From Azolla caroliniana (lineage: Eukaryota > Plantae > Polypodiophyta): a DNA stretch of 64,000 nucleotides. Both the position numbers and the translations under genes were made by a program. This document shows, piece after piece, positions 23,204-34,839 of the stretch (positions within the stretch are counted from its first letter, which is position 1; the number at the start of each line of letters is the position of its first letter). The stretch is from assembly GCA_043228905.1 (NCBI GenBank), contig JBHGNT010000011.1, positions 7,378,001 to 7,442,000 of the forward strand. Reading direction: 5' to 3'. The notes beneath the pieces are model-generated. The model worked only from the letters and a program-made list of their open reading frames with translations, was not told the DNA's origin and searched no databases.

Positions 23204-26200
23204 TCACTTCGGCATGGGATGTCTCTCCAATCCGATCCTCTTCCGGCATGCTTCTAGCTTGTCGGGTGTGAGCACCTTGGTCAGCATATCCGACCCGTTC
23301 TCGTCCGTGTGGATCTTCGTCAGCACGAACTCCTTGTCTTCTATCCTTTCCCGGATCCAGTGGTATCTACGCTGGATGTGCTTCGTCCGGGAGTGATAGG
23401 CCGCATTCTTCGCAAGGTGGATGGCACTCTGACTGTCGCAGTAGAGTCGGTACTCCTCCTGCCGGATACCGAGCTCTCTAATGAAGTCCTTCATCCATAT
23501 TATTTCCTTGCTGGCTTCAACAGCTGCCATGTACTCCGCCTCCGTGGTTGACAACGCAACCGTCTTCTGCAGCCTCGACTGCCACGAAACAGCTCCCCCT
23601 GCATACGTCATCACATACCCTGATGTGGACCGGCTGGTATCTGCATCAGCCGACATATCTGAATCGGTAAAGCCGTCGAGTTCGGGCTTACCGGAGCCGA
23701 ATCGGAGGCACACGTTTGCCGTGCCCTTCAGGTATCGGAGTATCCACTTGACCGCGTTCCAGTGCTCTTTGCCGGGATTGCTCATGTACCGGCTCACCAC
23801 TCCGACTGCGTATCCTATGTCCGGTCTTGTACACACCATTGCATACATCAAGCTTCTGACGGCAGAGGCATATGGTACTTTCATCATGTCCTCCTTCTCA
23901 GCCTTTGTCTTGGGGCTTTGCTTGCTGGACAACTTGCAGTTTGCCGGGAGGGTTGACCCGACCGGTCTTGCTTCCGACATGTTGAACCGGTGAAGCACCT
24001 TTGTCACGTACTTCTCCTGTGACAGCCACAACTGCTTCTTCTTCCGGTTCCGGATGATGTGCATCCCTAGTATTTGCCTCGCCGGACCCAGGTCCTTCAT
24101 TGAGAAGGTTCGGTGGAGTGCTTTCTTCAGCATCCGTATCTTGACCTGGTCCCGTCCGACGATCAACATGTCGTCCACGTACAGGAGGAGTATTAGAAAG
24201 TCTCCTCCTTCGAACTTCTTCACAAACACGCAGTGATCGGACTGCGTTTTGTGGTACCCTTCGTCGGTCATGAAAGAGTCAAACTTCCGGTACCATTGCC
24301 GGGGAGCCTGCTTCAGTCCGTAAAGGCTCTTCTTCAACCGGCATACCAGGTGCTCCTTCCCTTTCTTCTCGAATCCTTCCGGTTGCTGCATGTAGATCTC
24401 TTCTTCGAGGTCACCGTGAAGGAATGCCGTCTTCACGTCCATCTGTTCTACCTCGAGGTCCATGCTTGCCGCTATGCTCAGCACCGTCCGGATGGAGGTC
24501 ATCTTCACTACCGGGGCAAATATCTCGTCGAAGTCGACGCCCTTCTTCTGCTGGAACCCCTTCACCACGATCCTGGCTTTGTATCTCGGGGGGTTTCCGG
24601 CATCTCCCGGTTTCAGCTTGAACACCCACTTGTTTCGAAATGCCCGCTTTCATTTCGGCAACTCCACAAGTTCATATGTGTGGTTCTCATGCAGGGAATC
24701 CATCTCCTCCTGCATGGCACTTAACCACCTGCGGCTATGGGTGTCAAGTTTTGCTTCTTCAAAGCTCTCCGGCTCCCCCTTGTCGGTTAGCAGCACGTGC
24801 TCTGGTTCCGGAAATCTCCGGGGGGCCCTTCTCTCTCTTAGAGGATATCTCCGTTCCGGAGCTTCGGTAACCGGCTCCTCCGTTTCCTCTTCATCCGAAT
24901 CCATTTCGGGATCGGGGCCGGTTCCGGTATCAGTTTCATCTTCCTCGGCCGGTTCTGTTTCTTCACCGTCTTCGGCCGGATCCTCGAGTGCTAACCGGTC
25001 CCTTGCCGGTCGGGACTGCTCTTCGTAGAGTTGATCCTCACCGGTCGACTTGGAGCTCTTCATCTTCTTCTCCGACTCCCAGTCGGTGAGTGTCTTGTCC
25101 TCCATGAAGATGATATCTCGACTCCTGAATATCTTCTTGTCGACCGGGTCCCATACTCGGTAGCCGAACTCGTCGTCGCCGTAACCGAGGAATATGCATG
25201 GCCGGGTCTTTGGATCTAACTTTCCTCTCCGGTCCTTTGCCACATGCACGTATGCGAGACACCCGAACACCTTCAGATGCCGGTAGGACACTTCCTTAAC
25301 GGTCCACACTCTCTGCGGCGTGTCTCCGTCCAAAGGTGCTGAGGGTGATCTGTTTATCACGTATGTCGCCGTCGACATTGCCTCAGCCCAAAACCCCTTG
25401 GGTAATTTCGCATGCGCCAGCATACTCCGGACCCTCTCCATTATGGTCCGGTTCATCCTCTCGGCCAGCCCGTTCAGTTCCGGCATCTTCGGCACAGTAA
25501 ACTCGAGCCGGATTCCCTTCGAGCGACAGTACTCCTGGAACTGCCCCCGGTATTCCCCTCTGTTATCCGCTCGTATCGCTTTCAGCTTCTTGCCGGATTC
25601 CCTTTCCACTCTCGCGTGAAGTTCTTTGATGCCGTCCACAGCTTCCGGCTGTGGTCATCAATGAATGTCACGAAGTACTGGGCTCCGCCATGTGACTTCG
25701 TTTCTACTTGACACACGTCAGTGTGCACCAACTCCAATGGTGCGCTACGTCTCGTCGGTGGCCTTGAGTGGAAGGAGGTCCGGTTTTGCTTACCGGCCAG
25801 ACAGTCGGTACACTTCCCCAGGTGTACGTGCTTTACCGGTATCAGGTTGTCATCGGCAAGCCTCTTCATCCCCTTCTCACTCATGTGGCACAGTGTCTTG
25901 TGCCACAGCTCACCGACAGTGTCGGCTGCCACGTTCAGCTCCTCCGGACATAGCCGGGAATTCATCAGGTACAGTGTATTGACCTTCCGGGCCCGAGCCA
26001 CTATCAAGCTCCCTTTGCTGAACTTCATGACACCGTTCCGGATGCTACCCGTGTAGCCTTCATCATCTAGCCTCCCGGCCGAGATCAGGTTCGATCGGAC
26101 CTCCGGAACGTGTCGAACATCCTTCAGCAGCATCTTGCATCCGGTTGATGTCATCAGCCACACGTCTCCTATGCCGGCAATCCGGCATGTGCCTTCATTT

Positions 26201-27243
26201 CCCATCCGGACACAGCCGTGCTCACCGGCTGTGTAGGATGAGAAGTATTTCTTCTCCGGGGTCAGGTGGAACGACGCTCCGGAATCGACCACCCAGGTCA
26301 TCTCTACACCGGCAAGGTTCAGCGCCCTCTCTTCGGTAATGAGCATTATCTCTTCTTCACTTGCCGCGAGTGCCGTCGTTCCTTTCCGGTCCTGCCCTCG
26401 CCGATCCGGACCTCTCCGGTCCGTGGCTCCCCGGTATGCACCGTTTCTCTCCGGTGACTTCTTCGAATCGGTGTCGTCGGCTCCATTGTCCTTTCGGTAA
26501 TGCCGACAATTCTTCCGGAAGTGCCCCGGCTTCCCACAGTGGAAGCATGTGTGCCTTCCTCTTGACTGCGACTGGGTCCCCGACTTCTCCCGTCTTTGCG
26601 GACTCCGGTTCCATTGTCTTCCCCGTTCCGATTCGGTAAGCAGCATCTTCGGATCGGAAACCGGTTCTTTATCTCTCCGACGCGCTTCTTCGTTCAAAAT
26701 GCTTGTCTTTACCGTTTGTAGAGACAAGTTATCTTCGGTGCAGGAGGTGCTGAGAGTCACCACCAAGTTCTCCCAGCTTTCCGGCAACGTACACATCAGA
26801 ATGATGGCTTGCATTGCATCCTCCAACGGGAACTTGATCGCCGCAAGCTGGTTCACGAATCCCATGAACGTGCTCACGTGTTCCACCATATTCTCGCCGT
26901 CCCGGTACTTGAGGTTCACTATCTTCCTCATCAGGGAGGTCCGGTTCAACGCATTCTTCCTCTCGTAGAGGCCCGACAGCTTCTTCCACATCTCATAGGC
27001 GTTCGTATCGTTCGCCACATGTTGCAGAACACTTACATCGACATATTGCCGGATCGTTGCTACGACTTTCCGGTTCAGGAGCTTCCACTCCGACTCTATT
27101 ACCCCCTTGGGTATCTCGGCATTGTCGATCGGTTCATATAGGTCTCGGATGATGAGAAGGTCTTCCATCTTTATCTTCCAGTCGGCGTAGTTCTGTGAGT
27201 TCAACACCATCATGCCCGGAGGCCCACTACCGCCGCCTTCCAT
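23204..27243 (-). pseudogene. gag-pol of E1 (34-bp deletion at ~25629, nonsense at 24650)
   Basis: Direct comparison with the intact E2 polyprotein. Confidence 0.92.
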
Positions 27244-30200
27244 TTTCTGTGTTAACCGTGCTCTGATACCAATTTGTTGAAAAACAGTGCTCGGCCACAA
27301 CCGAGGAATAGGATCAACTCACAGGAAACAGGAAATAGGAAGTGCACGAGGACAATAGAGAGAAAGGTACACTGGATGTTTTACGTGGAAAACCCTAAAT
27401 GGGGAAAAAACCACGGGAGTCCTCAAACTCCAACTATCACTATAAACAGAGATGTACAATGGTGAAGCTACAAGGCAACGACCTCGAGCTCACTGTCTTC
27501 GCCACAGGCGGCGGTAATACACAGAGGCAACGACCTCTTCGTCGCTCTCTCTCTCTCCCTCTCTTTCTCGGCTGCTCTCTTCACTCTCTTGCACACATAA
27601 GAGTGGCGATACACAAAAAAATGAGCAACAACATTTAAACTGTTTGCCCTAAGTCATATTTATACACATATGACTTTTGGGCTATTTACAAATATAGCCT
27701 CAAGGGCTCTTGGCAAACATATTCACAAATATGTCCCCGCATCCGGATCTCTCTCCGGGTACACTCGTCATCCGGCTCCGTAACCGGGGTCTTCAGCATC
27801 CGGCTCCGTAGCCGGGGTCTTCATCATCCGGCTCCGTAGCCGGAGTCTTCAGCATCCGGCTCCGTAGTCGGGGTCTTCAGCATCCGGCTCCGTAGTCGGG
27901 GTCTCTTCATCCGGCTTCATGCCGGGTACTCTTCATCATCCGGTTCCGTAACCGCAACCGGGCTTGCCGTCATTCATCTCCAGACATCCCATCCGGAGGG
28001 ACCGAAATCCCAAGAGGAAGTCCGTGGATATCGGACATGCCTTCACGGATGAGACCCGGAAGAAACTTCGGATCGGTGGAGGTGGGTTCCTATTATAGAA
28101 AGAAGAAGAACGGTTTCGCGAGATGTTGGAGCAACACGGCAAAGCGTTTGCATTTACATCAAGGGAGATAGGGTGCGTCGATCCGAGAATAGTGGAGCCG
28201 ATGGTGATCTTTACGATTGACCATGTACCGTGGAATCTGAAGCCGATTCCGGTGCCACGAGCGCATATTCCGAAAGTCATTGACTTGCTCAAGGAGAAGG
28301 TGGCGATGGGGATTCTAGAGCCATCAACTGCTCCGTACTCAAATCGATGGTTTACGGTTCCGAAGAAGAATGGGTCACTCCAATTTATCCAAGACTTGCA
28401 ACCGGTGAATAAGGTCACGATCCGGAACTCGGGAGTCGGTCCGATAGTGGACGAATTTGCGGAAGCTTTTGCCGGTCGTGCGATATACTCCATCGGAGAC
28501 CTATACTCGGGGTATGACCAATTCCAACTAGCCGTGGAGAGCCGAGACATCACAACCATGCGAACACCGATAGGATTAGTCCGAATGTGCACACTACCAC
28601 AGGGAGCGACAAACTCGGTTGCTCATATGATGAACGCGATGAACAAGGTGCTTCGAGACTGCATTCTGGAGATAACGATGCCGTTCCTCGATGACATTCC
28701 GATGAAAGGATGCGCGGTCGAAGAAAAAGATGAGACTATGGATGATCGGGGATGCCGAAAGTTCGTGGTCGACCATATTCATGCTTGCGAGAAAGTGTTG
28801 CGAAAGCTAGAAGATGTGCACCTAACACTTTCCGGGGAGAAATCGGCATTCGAGCAAGAAGAAATATTGGTGGTCGGACATCTTTGTGGGCCCTACGGCC
28901 GAAGACCGTCACCAACAAAGATCGATGCGATTCAAGCTATGGAGGAAGTATGCGAGTCAACATCCGAAGTCCGAAGGTTTCTCAGTGCATGTGCATTCTA
29001 TCACATATGGATTCCGCACTATGCACATATAGCGGACCCGCTCTACCACTTGTTGCGGAAAGGTAAGAAATTCGAATGGAAACCGGAACACACCAAAGCC
29101 ATGAAGAAATTGAAGAAGACACTTCGGAGGGCGGAAGCACTTAAGAAGCCGAGCTACGACCGACCGATCATAGTAACGGTTGATACAAGTCCAACCGGTA
29201 TCGGGTGGGTCATCAATCAAGCCGACTCAGATGGTTCGCGGTATCCGATCCGATTCGGAGCAAAGGTTCTCAATGAAAGGCAACGTGGATATGCACAAGT
29301 CAAAAGAGAACTGTGGGGAGTCGTGTCGGCGATAAAATCGGATCGGTATTATTTGATCGGAGCCGAAGTGGTGATCGAGACGGATTGTCTTCCGATACTC
29401 GGGATGATGCGGTGTTGTACGATACCAGATGTAGCTATGCTAAGGTGGGTTGCATATGTCAAGTCGCTCAATCCGGAGGTTCGACACATCTCGGGGAAGG
29501 AAAACGCGGTAGCGGATATGTTATCAAGGGCTCGGTTCGGAGACGACATAACCGAATCGGATAATGAAGAAGTTTCCGAAGACTACTTCGCGTCGGAGCA
29601 CATATGCCGAGTGAACGTAATCCAAGAATTTCGGGAAGAAGAATATGAGGGAGAAAGTTTGATGATCGGAAAGATGTTACAAGAGGCCGAGGACTCGACA
29701 AACGATAAAGGAAGAAGAGCCGAGATCCGAAGGAAGAAGAGGCAAGTCCAAAAGTTTGTTCTTGGAAAACGGTTTAATATGGAGGGCGCCGAAAAGACCG
29801 GATGGTATACCACTTCGAGTAGTCGGGACAAAAGAGCAACGAAACCGGATAATGTCCGAGTTTCACGAATCCGATTGGGCTGGACACCGAGGAACATGGG
29901 CAACATTTGTGAAGATCAAGCAAAAATATTGGTGGAAGAAAATGTACAAAGATATCGCGGAGTTTACCGAAAGCTGCGAGAAATGTCAAGTCTACTCCGG
30001 GGTTCGACATCGAGATGAGTTACATCCGACATTCTCACCGACAATCAACTTCAAGTGGATGGTCGACATAGTGGCCATGCCGACCGGGATCGGACAAAAG
30101 AAATACTTGGTATTAGCTCGGGAAGATCTCACGAATCAAGTAGAAGGTCGAGCGCTTCAGAGGAAAACGTGTTCCGCGGTATGCCAATTTCTTTTGGAGG

Positions 30201-31833
30201 AAGTATTTTGCAGGTACGGGTGCGTAGGACAAGTGATTGCAGACCGGGGAGAACTCGACTCGGACAAAGCTAGGGGATTCTTCGCCAAACACGGAGTTCG
30301 GTTATCACTGACAACGGCATACAATCCGGAGGCCAACGGGAAAATCGAACGAGGACATAGTCCGATCGTAAAAGCACTTGCGAAGGCATGCGATGGAAAG
30401 GTGAAGGACTGGCCGCAGATGCTTCCGTATGCACTATGGGCGGATCGGACGACGCATAGCTCCATAACCGGTTACATGCCGGCGGAACTCATGACCGGAC
30501 AAGCACCGGTAATGCCGACGGAAACCGCGATCGCGACATGGACAATGCTACCGTGGAAGGAAGAGATGAGCCGGGAAGAACTACTAGCGGTCCGGATACG
30601 ACAACTAGAGGGAAGACCGGCAGACATAGCGGAAGCAATACGCCGACAACAAGAAGCACGATTAAGGAACAAAAGCCGGTTCGACACAAAGCACCGACTA
30701 CGACCGAGGAGGATTGAAGAAGGAGACTGGGTGATCGTCTATGACAGTAGTTTGGACCATCAACATACAACGATGCGGAAATTCGCGAAAAGGTGGTTCG
30801 GGCCATACGAAGTTCGGAAAGTCTTCGACAACGTAACGTACCGACTGTCCGAGTTGGATGGAACAATACTACGAGTGCCTATAGCCGGGAAGTGGGTAAA
30901 GATTTTCAAGAAGCGGACCGACGACAAACCCTATGTGATCCAAGCCAAGGCCGACTACGAGGAGCAATCAGACGAAGACCACGGGGATGCGGGAAGTGAA
31001 GAACGTGAATTACAACTCATAGCCGACATAAGGGGAATATCGGAGGAAGCTTTGGGTGAAGACGGATATGGGGAATCGAGAACTTTGGCACATACCGGAG
31101 GATGTGCGGGTTCGGAGGGGGCGAGTGTCGTAGTGTATTCCACACACTACGTGAAAACCATAAAATAATATATCCGAATTTAGATACATATAAATAAATA
31201 AATAATATATCAAAAGAATTTATCACGTGCGTAGGGCAGGATTCAAACCATGCACCTTCACGTAGATAAACCCCAACTTTACCATTGTAATAGCTTATCT
31301 TTAGTGTTATAAATATAGATTTAATACGTATAAGACCTTTATTTACACATACCTTTATTAAAAGGTAAAAATCATGTATTCTTTAGAGTGTGAATATTTT
31401 ATTTACACGTGACATTAAAAGTGACTCATGCACATCTAGCGTGCACAAGCCCTATATTTAGGAAATGACAAAACATCACATGCACATTTAGTGTGCATGG
31501 GCACTTTAGGTGAAAAAGCATGAAGCCATGCTTAGCCTCTTCCATCTTTATATAAGGAGGAGAAAAATATGTATATGGTTGTTGATTAATATACAAGGTT
31601 GGATCAATCTAATATATTCGTGGGATTCACGAATTTTGCCATCTAATTGCTCTTATAATCTAAATATTGTTTTAATTACACTAAACTCGTGGGATTCACG
31701 AGATTGCTATCTTACTTCTCTTTCCACTATTCATATCTAGCCTTAAGTTGTATTCCTCTCCCTCCTAGTCAAAAACCTCGGCGGTTCCCACCCGACTCAC
31801 GCAACGATCCAGAGCCGAAGGGCACGACACCGC

Positions 31834-34760
31834 GTCCGGAGGCGACGTAGGGCCCGTAGGTGCATCGTGGTGTGGCTCCCCTGTTTGGTCGGAATGGTTT
31901 CTCCTGGTGACGCAGTCGTCCTGTGTGGGCGATCCGGGTATAGTGGGCTCTTCTTGAGCTAGTGGGTTGGGCTCCGCCGTCGTCGTGCTTACGGTCGGCC
32001 GCGACTTTGTCTCAATAGTTACTTCCTCCGTGGTGTCAGCCGTCTTTGTACGTTCCGGGGAGTGGGGCTGCGATTCCGCCTGGCCCACACCGTTCTCCAT
32101 GTGGTCCGACGATATCGTGGGCTCGTGCGGATGAAGCTCCTCTTGGGCAGTGGTTTCGCTGTGTGGTACTGTGGGGGACTCCGCTTGTCGGTCCGTGTTG
32201 TTCACCGTCATTGTAATTTCTGGTGATCTGGCCTGAGGTTCCTCTTCTTCGGTTGTGCCCGGAATTGGCGTCGCGCTGGATTTCTCATTTGTTCGCGTGT
32301 TCCCGGCTTGTGTGATCTGGTGAAATAGCTCCTCTTGACTTTCACCAAAATGATCTAAGAGCTGCGCGAGTTTATCGGAATGTTGGTGCGCTAGCGCACA
32401 ATACTCTTGCGCTAGGTCCTCGCGTATGGCCGCAATGCTCTCCTCATTTAGTTTATAGGAACCTCGGCCGTCTTTTCGCCGGTTCTCCCAGTCCGCATGA
32501 TACGCGTGCAATTCCGCTGCTTGGGTTGCCCACGCCATCCATCCTTTGTCCAGCGCCATTTTAAATTGCGCTGTGAACCTCTCCCGATTTGTTTGGAGAA
32601 GGATACGCACATTGTCTGTGATGGCCTAACAACGGTTGCGTGCGTCCTCCATCGACTTCTGGAGGTTTGCAATTTCTTGCTGTCTAACCGCCGCTGCTTC
32701 TTCGTACGTGGCCTTCAGGCCCGCCCAGAGCTGGGATTCCTTTGCATGTTGTTCTTCTAATTTCCCCATTTCATTATTTAGGCGGATTTCGAGCTGATGC
32801 CTTCTTTCCTATTCGACCACCAGCTGCTTGTCGAACCATACCTTCTTTTTCTCTAATAAGGCCTGGAGTTCTGCGATTGCCGCCTCCGATTTCTTCACTT
32901 CATCCTGTAATTGGGTGTTTTCGTCTTTTGTCTAGATGTGACGAGCTACCTCTGTAGCGAGTTTCTCTTCAAGGGTTTTTATTGCCTTCCAGACGTTAGC
33001 CCGGATCTCCTTTTCTCTGTCTGAGGATTGGCGCAATTCAGCTCAAAGGCGGTCAATTTCTGATTCCGCAAGTTGCACGACCCTTTTCGCTTTCAAGGCG
33101 ATGGTGGTCTGAGCCTCAATTTCTTCCTTCAAAGAGTCGATGGCGTGGTTTGGTGGCGGAGTTGTGTGTTGCACCGTAGTTGCGTTAGCTTCCAACTCCA
33201 CGATGCGTTTGTTGGCTTTTTGCAGCTCGGCTTGGGTCATTTTCACCTTCTTCCAGACATTCTTATTTTTAATGGCCATCTCCTTGGTGCTCGTGCTGAC
33301 CTTTGCCAATTCCCTATGGACTTCGACTAGGGACGTGTTTAATGGGGGTAGCTCCATCCCCACTTGGCGTACCCCGGCGTTCCTCTATCTACCGACCCTG
33401 GCTAGCCGGTCCTCATCATCGCTCTCCGCCGTTTGTGTTAGGGCGCGCTCGATCATCTGGCGCTCTACGTGCTCCTCGGCCATTCGTTGGGAGGCTTTTA
33501 TCTGATGCGTTGCCAGGAATTCCATGAGCTCAAAAGAGGTTCCGAACTGTAAGAGGGCACTGAACTCATGGGGCGTATCCGGGATATTTGGATATGCCAA
33601 CACCTCGCTTTCCGCCGTCAATACGGCTTTCCCTCGTTGGGACTGGGTCGTAATGATCGGCCGTGGCTCCCGGATGATTTTGAAGGTGGTATTGTGCTCC
33701 GTAGCTACGGAGCCATACTGTCAGTCATTGTCTCCGCCACCATGGGGACGTCTTTGACCAATCCCCACCCATCTGTCCTGTCCAATCTACGCCGTTTCGG
33801 TCTAGGGCTATCTTGCCGTGTTTCGATGTCTGGCTCTGCAGTTGTTGCCATGGAACGTGTCGGCTGTTCCTCCCGCGTTGTCCCTGTGTCTGGCTGGGCG
33901 GGAGGTGTTGTCCGTGTGTCTGGTTGGGCGGGTTGGGGTTCCTCTTCCACTCTGGGGCCGCTAACTCCGCTAACCTGCGTTTCGCGGATCGGGGCGGGGG
34001 CGAGGGTCGGCTGGGTTGTGGTGCCGGCAGGCCTCGGGGTGGGAATAGTACTGTTGTATGATCGGCCTGAGCTTTTTGCCTGCCTAATACGCATGCAGGC
34101 CTTCCTGTAACGCCGGCCCTGTGATGACCCCCCAATTGACCGCACGCTCTTCAAAGGTATCGATAATGATGCCCACCTTCTGCTTGGGCATCCCATATGC
34201 GTTGACATGTACATAGCCAACCTCTAACAGGAACTTGGCAACTTCACGCAAGAAGGGATCCGGGATCTACTTCGTTCTATAGGCCTTGGCGGAGGAGGAA
34301 TATGGCCCAAAATATCGCTGTAGCGCCTCTGTAGGAGGGATTTCGAAATGCCTTTCTCCTAGCGATGAAAGGTCCAACTTTTTCCGGATGGAAGAGTTGG
34401 TGACTGTGTCGATGTTAAGCTTCCTGGTGATGTCCATGGCATCCGGGTGTGGGGGTGCCTCTGCGACCCGGATGTACCCATCCAGGCGTTTCTCCATGAG
34501 CCATCAGCGTAAGGCCGTAGAGATGAAGATCGGCATCGCCAGATTAGGTTCGTGGGAAGGAGACTGGTGGTTGCGGTGGGCTGGAGCTCTGTGATAGGAT
34601 GGAGGAGAAGGTGAGGGGGAGGAGTGGTGGGAGCGCTGATAGTTAGAAGGTGGGTTTCTGTTTTGTGCAGAAGGTCTTCTATTTCCTTCTTTTTGTGGCT
34701 TATGGTTCATTGGGCGGTGAGATATCGTGGTGCCGCGTGTTCTTGAACTAGGAGTCTGTG
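31834..34760 (-). pseudogene. Additional sense ORF downstream of integrase in G1 (unknown function; continues at 19132-19182 after removing G2)
   Basis: ORF pieces 34267-34497, 33385-33621, 33043-33363 (coiled-coil-like) and 31765-32610. Across the G2 TSD it reads TSPPDA|DTALEPNIQAILEED* with the stop at 19132-19134. Confidence 0.7.
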
Positions 34761-34839
34761 CATGCATTTAGTCCTTTTAATAGTCGCTATCTTCTCTCTT
34801 TTTTTTCTTTTTACGTAACGGTTATACACAACCTATTTT

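Larger units (their letters stand above)
22453..28015 (-). mobile_element. Tork/Tnt1-like copia E1, full length, recently inactivated
   Basis: 741-bp LTRs 22453-23193 and 27275-28015 (~6 differences); TSD GGAAG (22448-22452, 28016-28020); PBS 27260-27271; PPT 23194-23206. Confidence 0.95.
21961..31168 (+). pseudogene. Pol (RT-RNase H-integrase) of G2, split by E1, with one stop (~28096) and one frameshift (~29757)
   Basis: RT IQDLQPVN..DLYSGYDQ..LPQGATNS..FLDDI; RH VTVDTSPTGIG..KRELWG..IETDCLP; IN FHESDWAGH..CEKC, VDIV..IADRG..ANGKIERGH, WFGPY. Confidence 0.88.
19183..31829 (+). mobile_element. Young Ty3/gypsy element G2 (no chromodomain), inserted in the extra ORF of G1
   Basis: 704-bp LTRs 19183-19886 and 31126-31829 with about 5 differences; 4-bp TSD CCGC (19179-19182, 31830-31833); PBS TGGTGAACCCGATGTGA 19891-19907 (tRNA-Trp type); PPT GGAGGGGGCGAG 31114-31125. 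Confidence 0.93.

Noticed and set aside
28013-28015. Non-TG/CA termini (E1 AGA at 28013-28015, G2 TT at 19183, solo LTR TA)
   Set aside because: Partner or related LTRs show canonical ends, so these are single substitutions.
29750-29765. Frame change between RNase H and integrase in G2
   Set aside because: No slippery site or stimulatory structure seen; most simply a private 1-nt indel.
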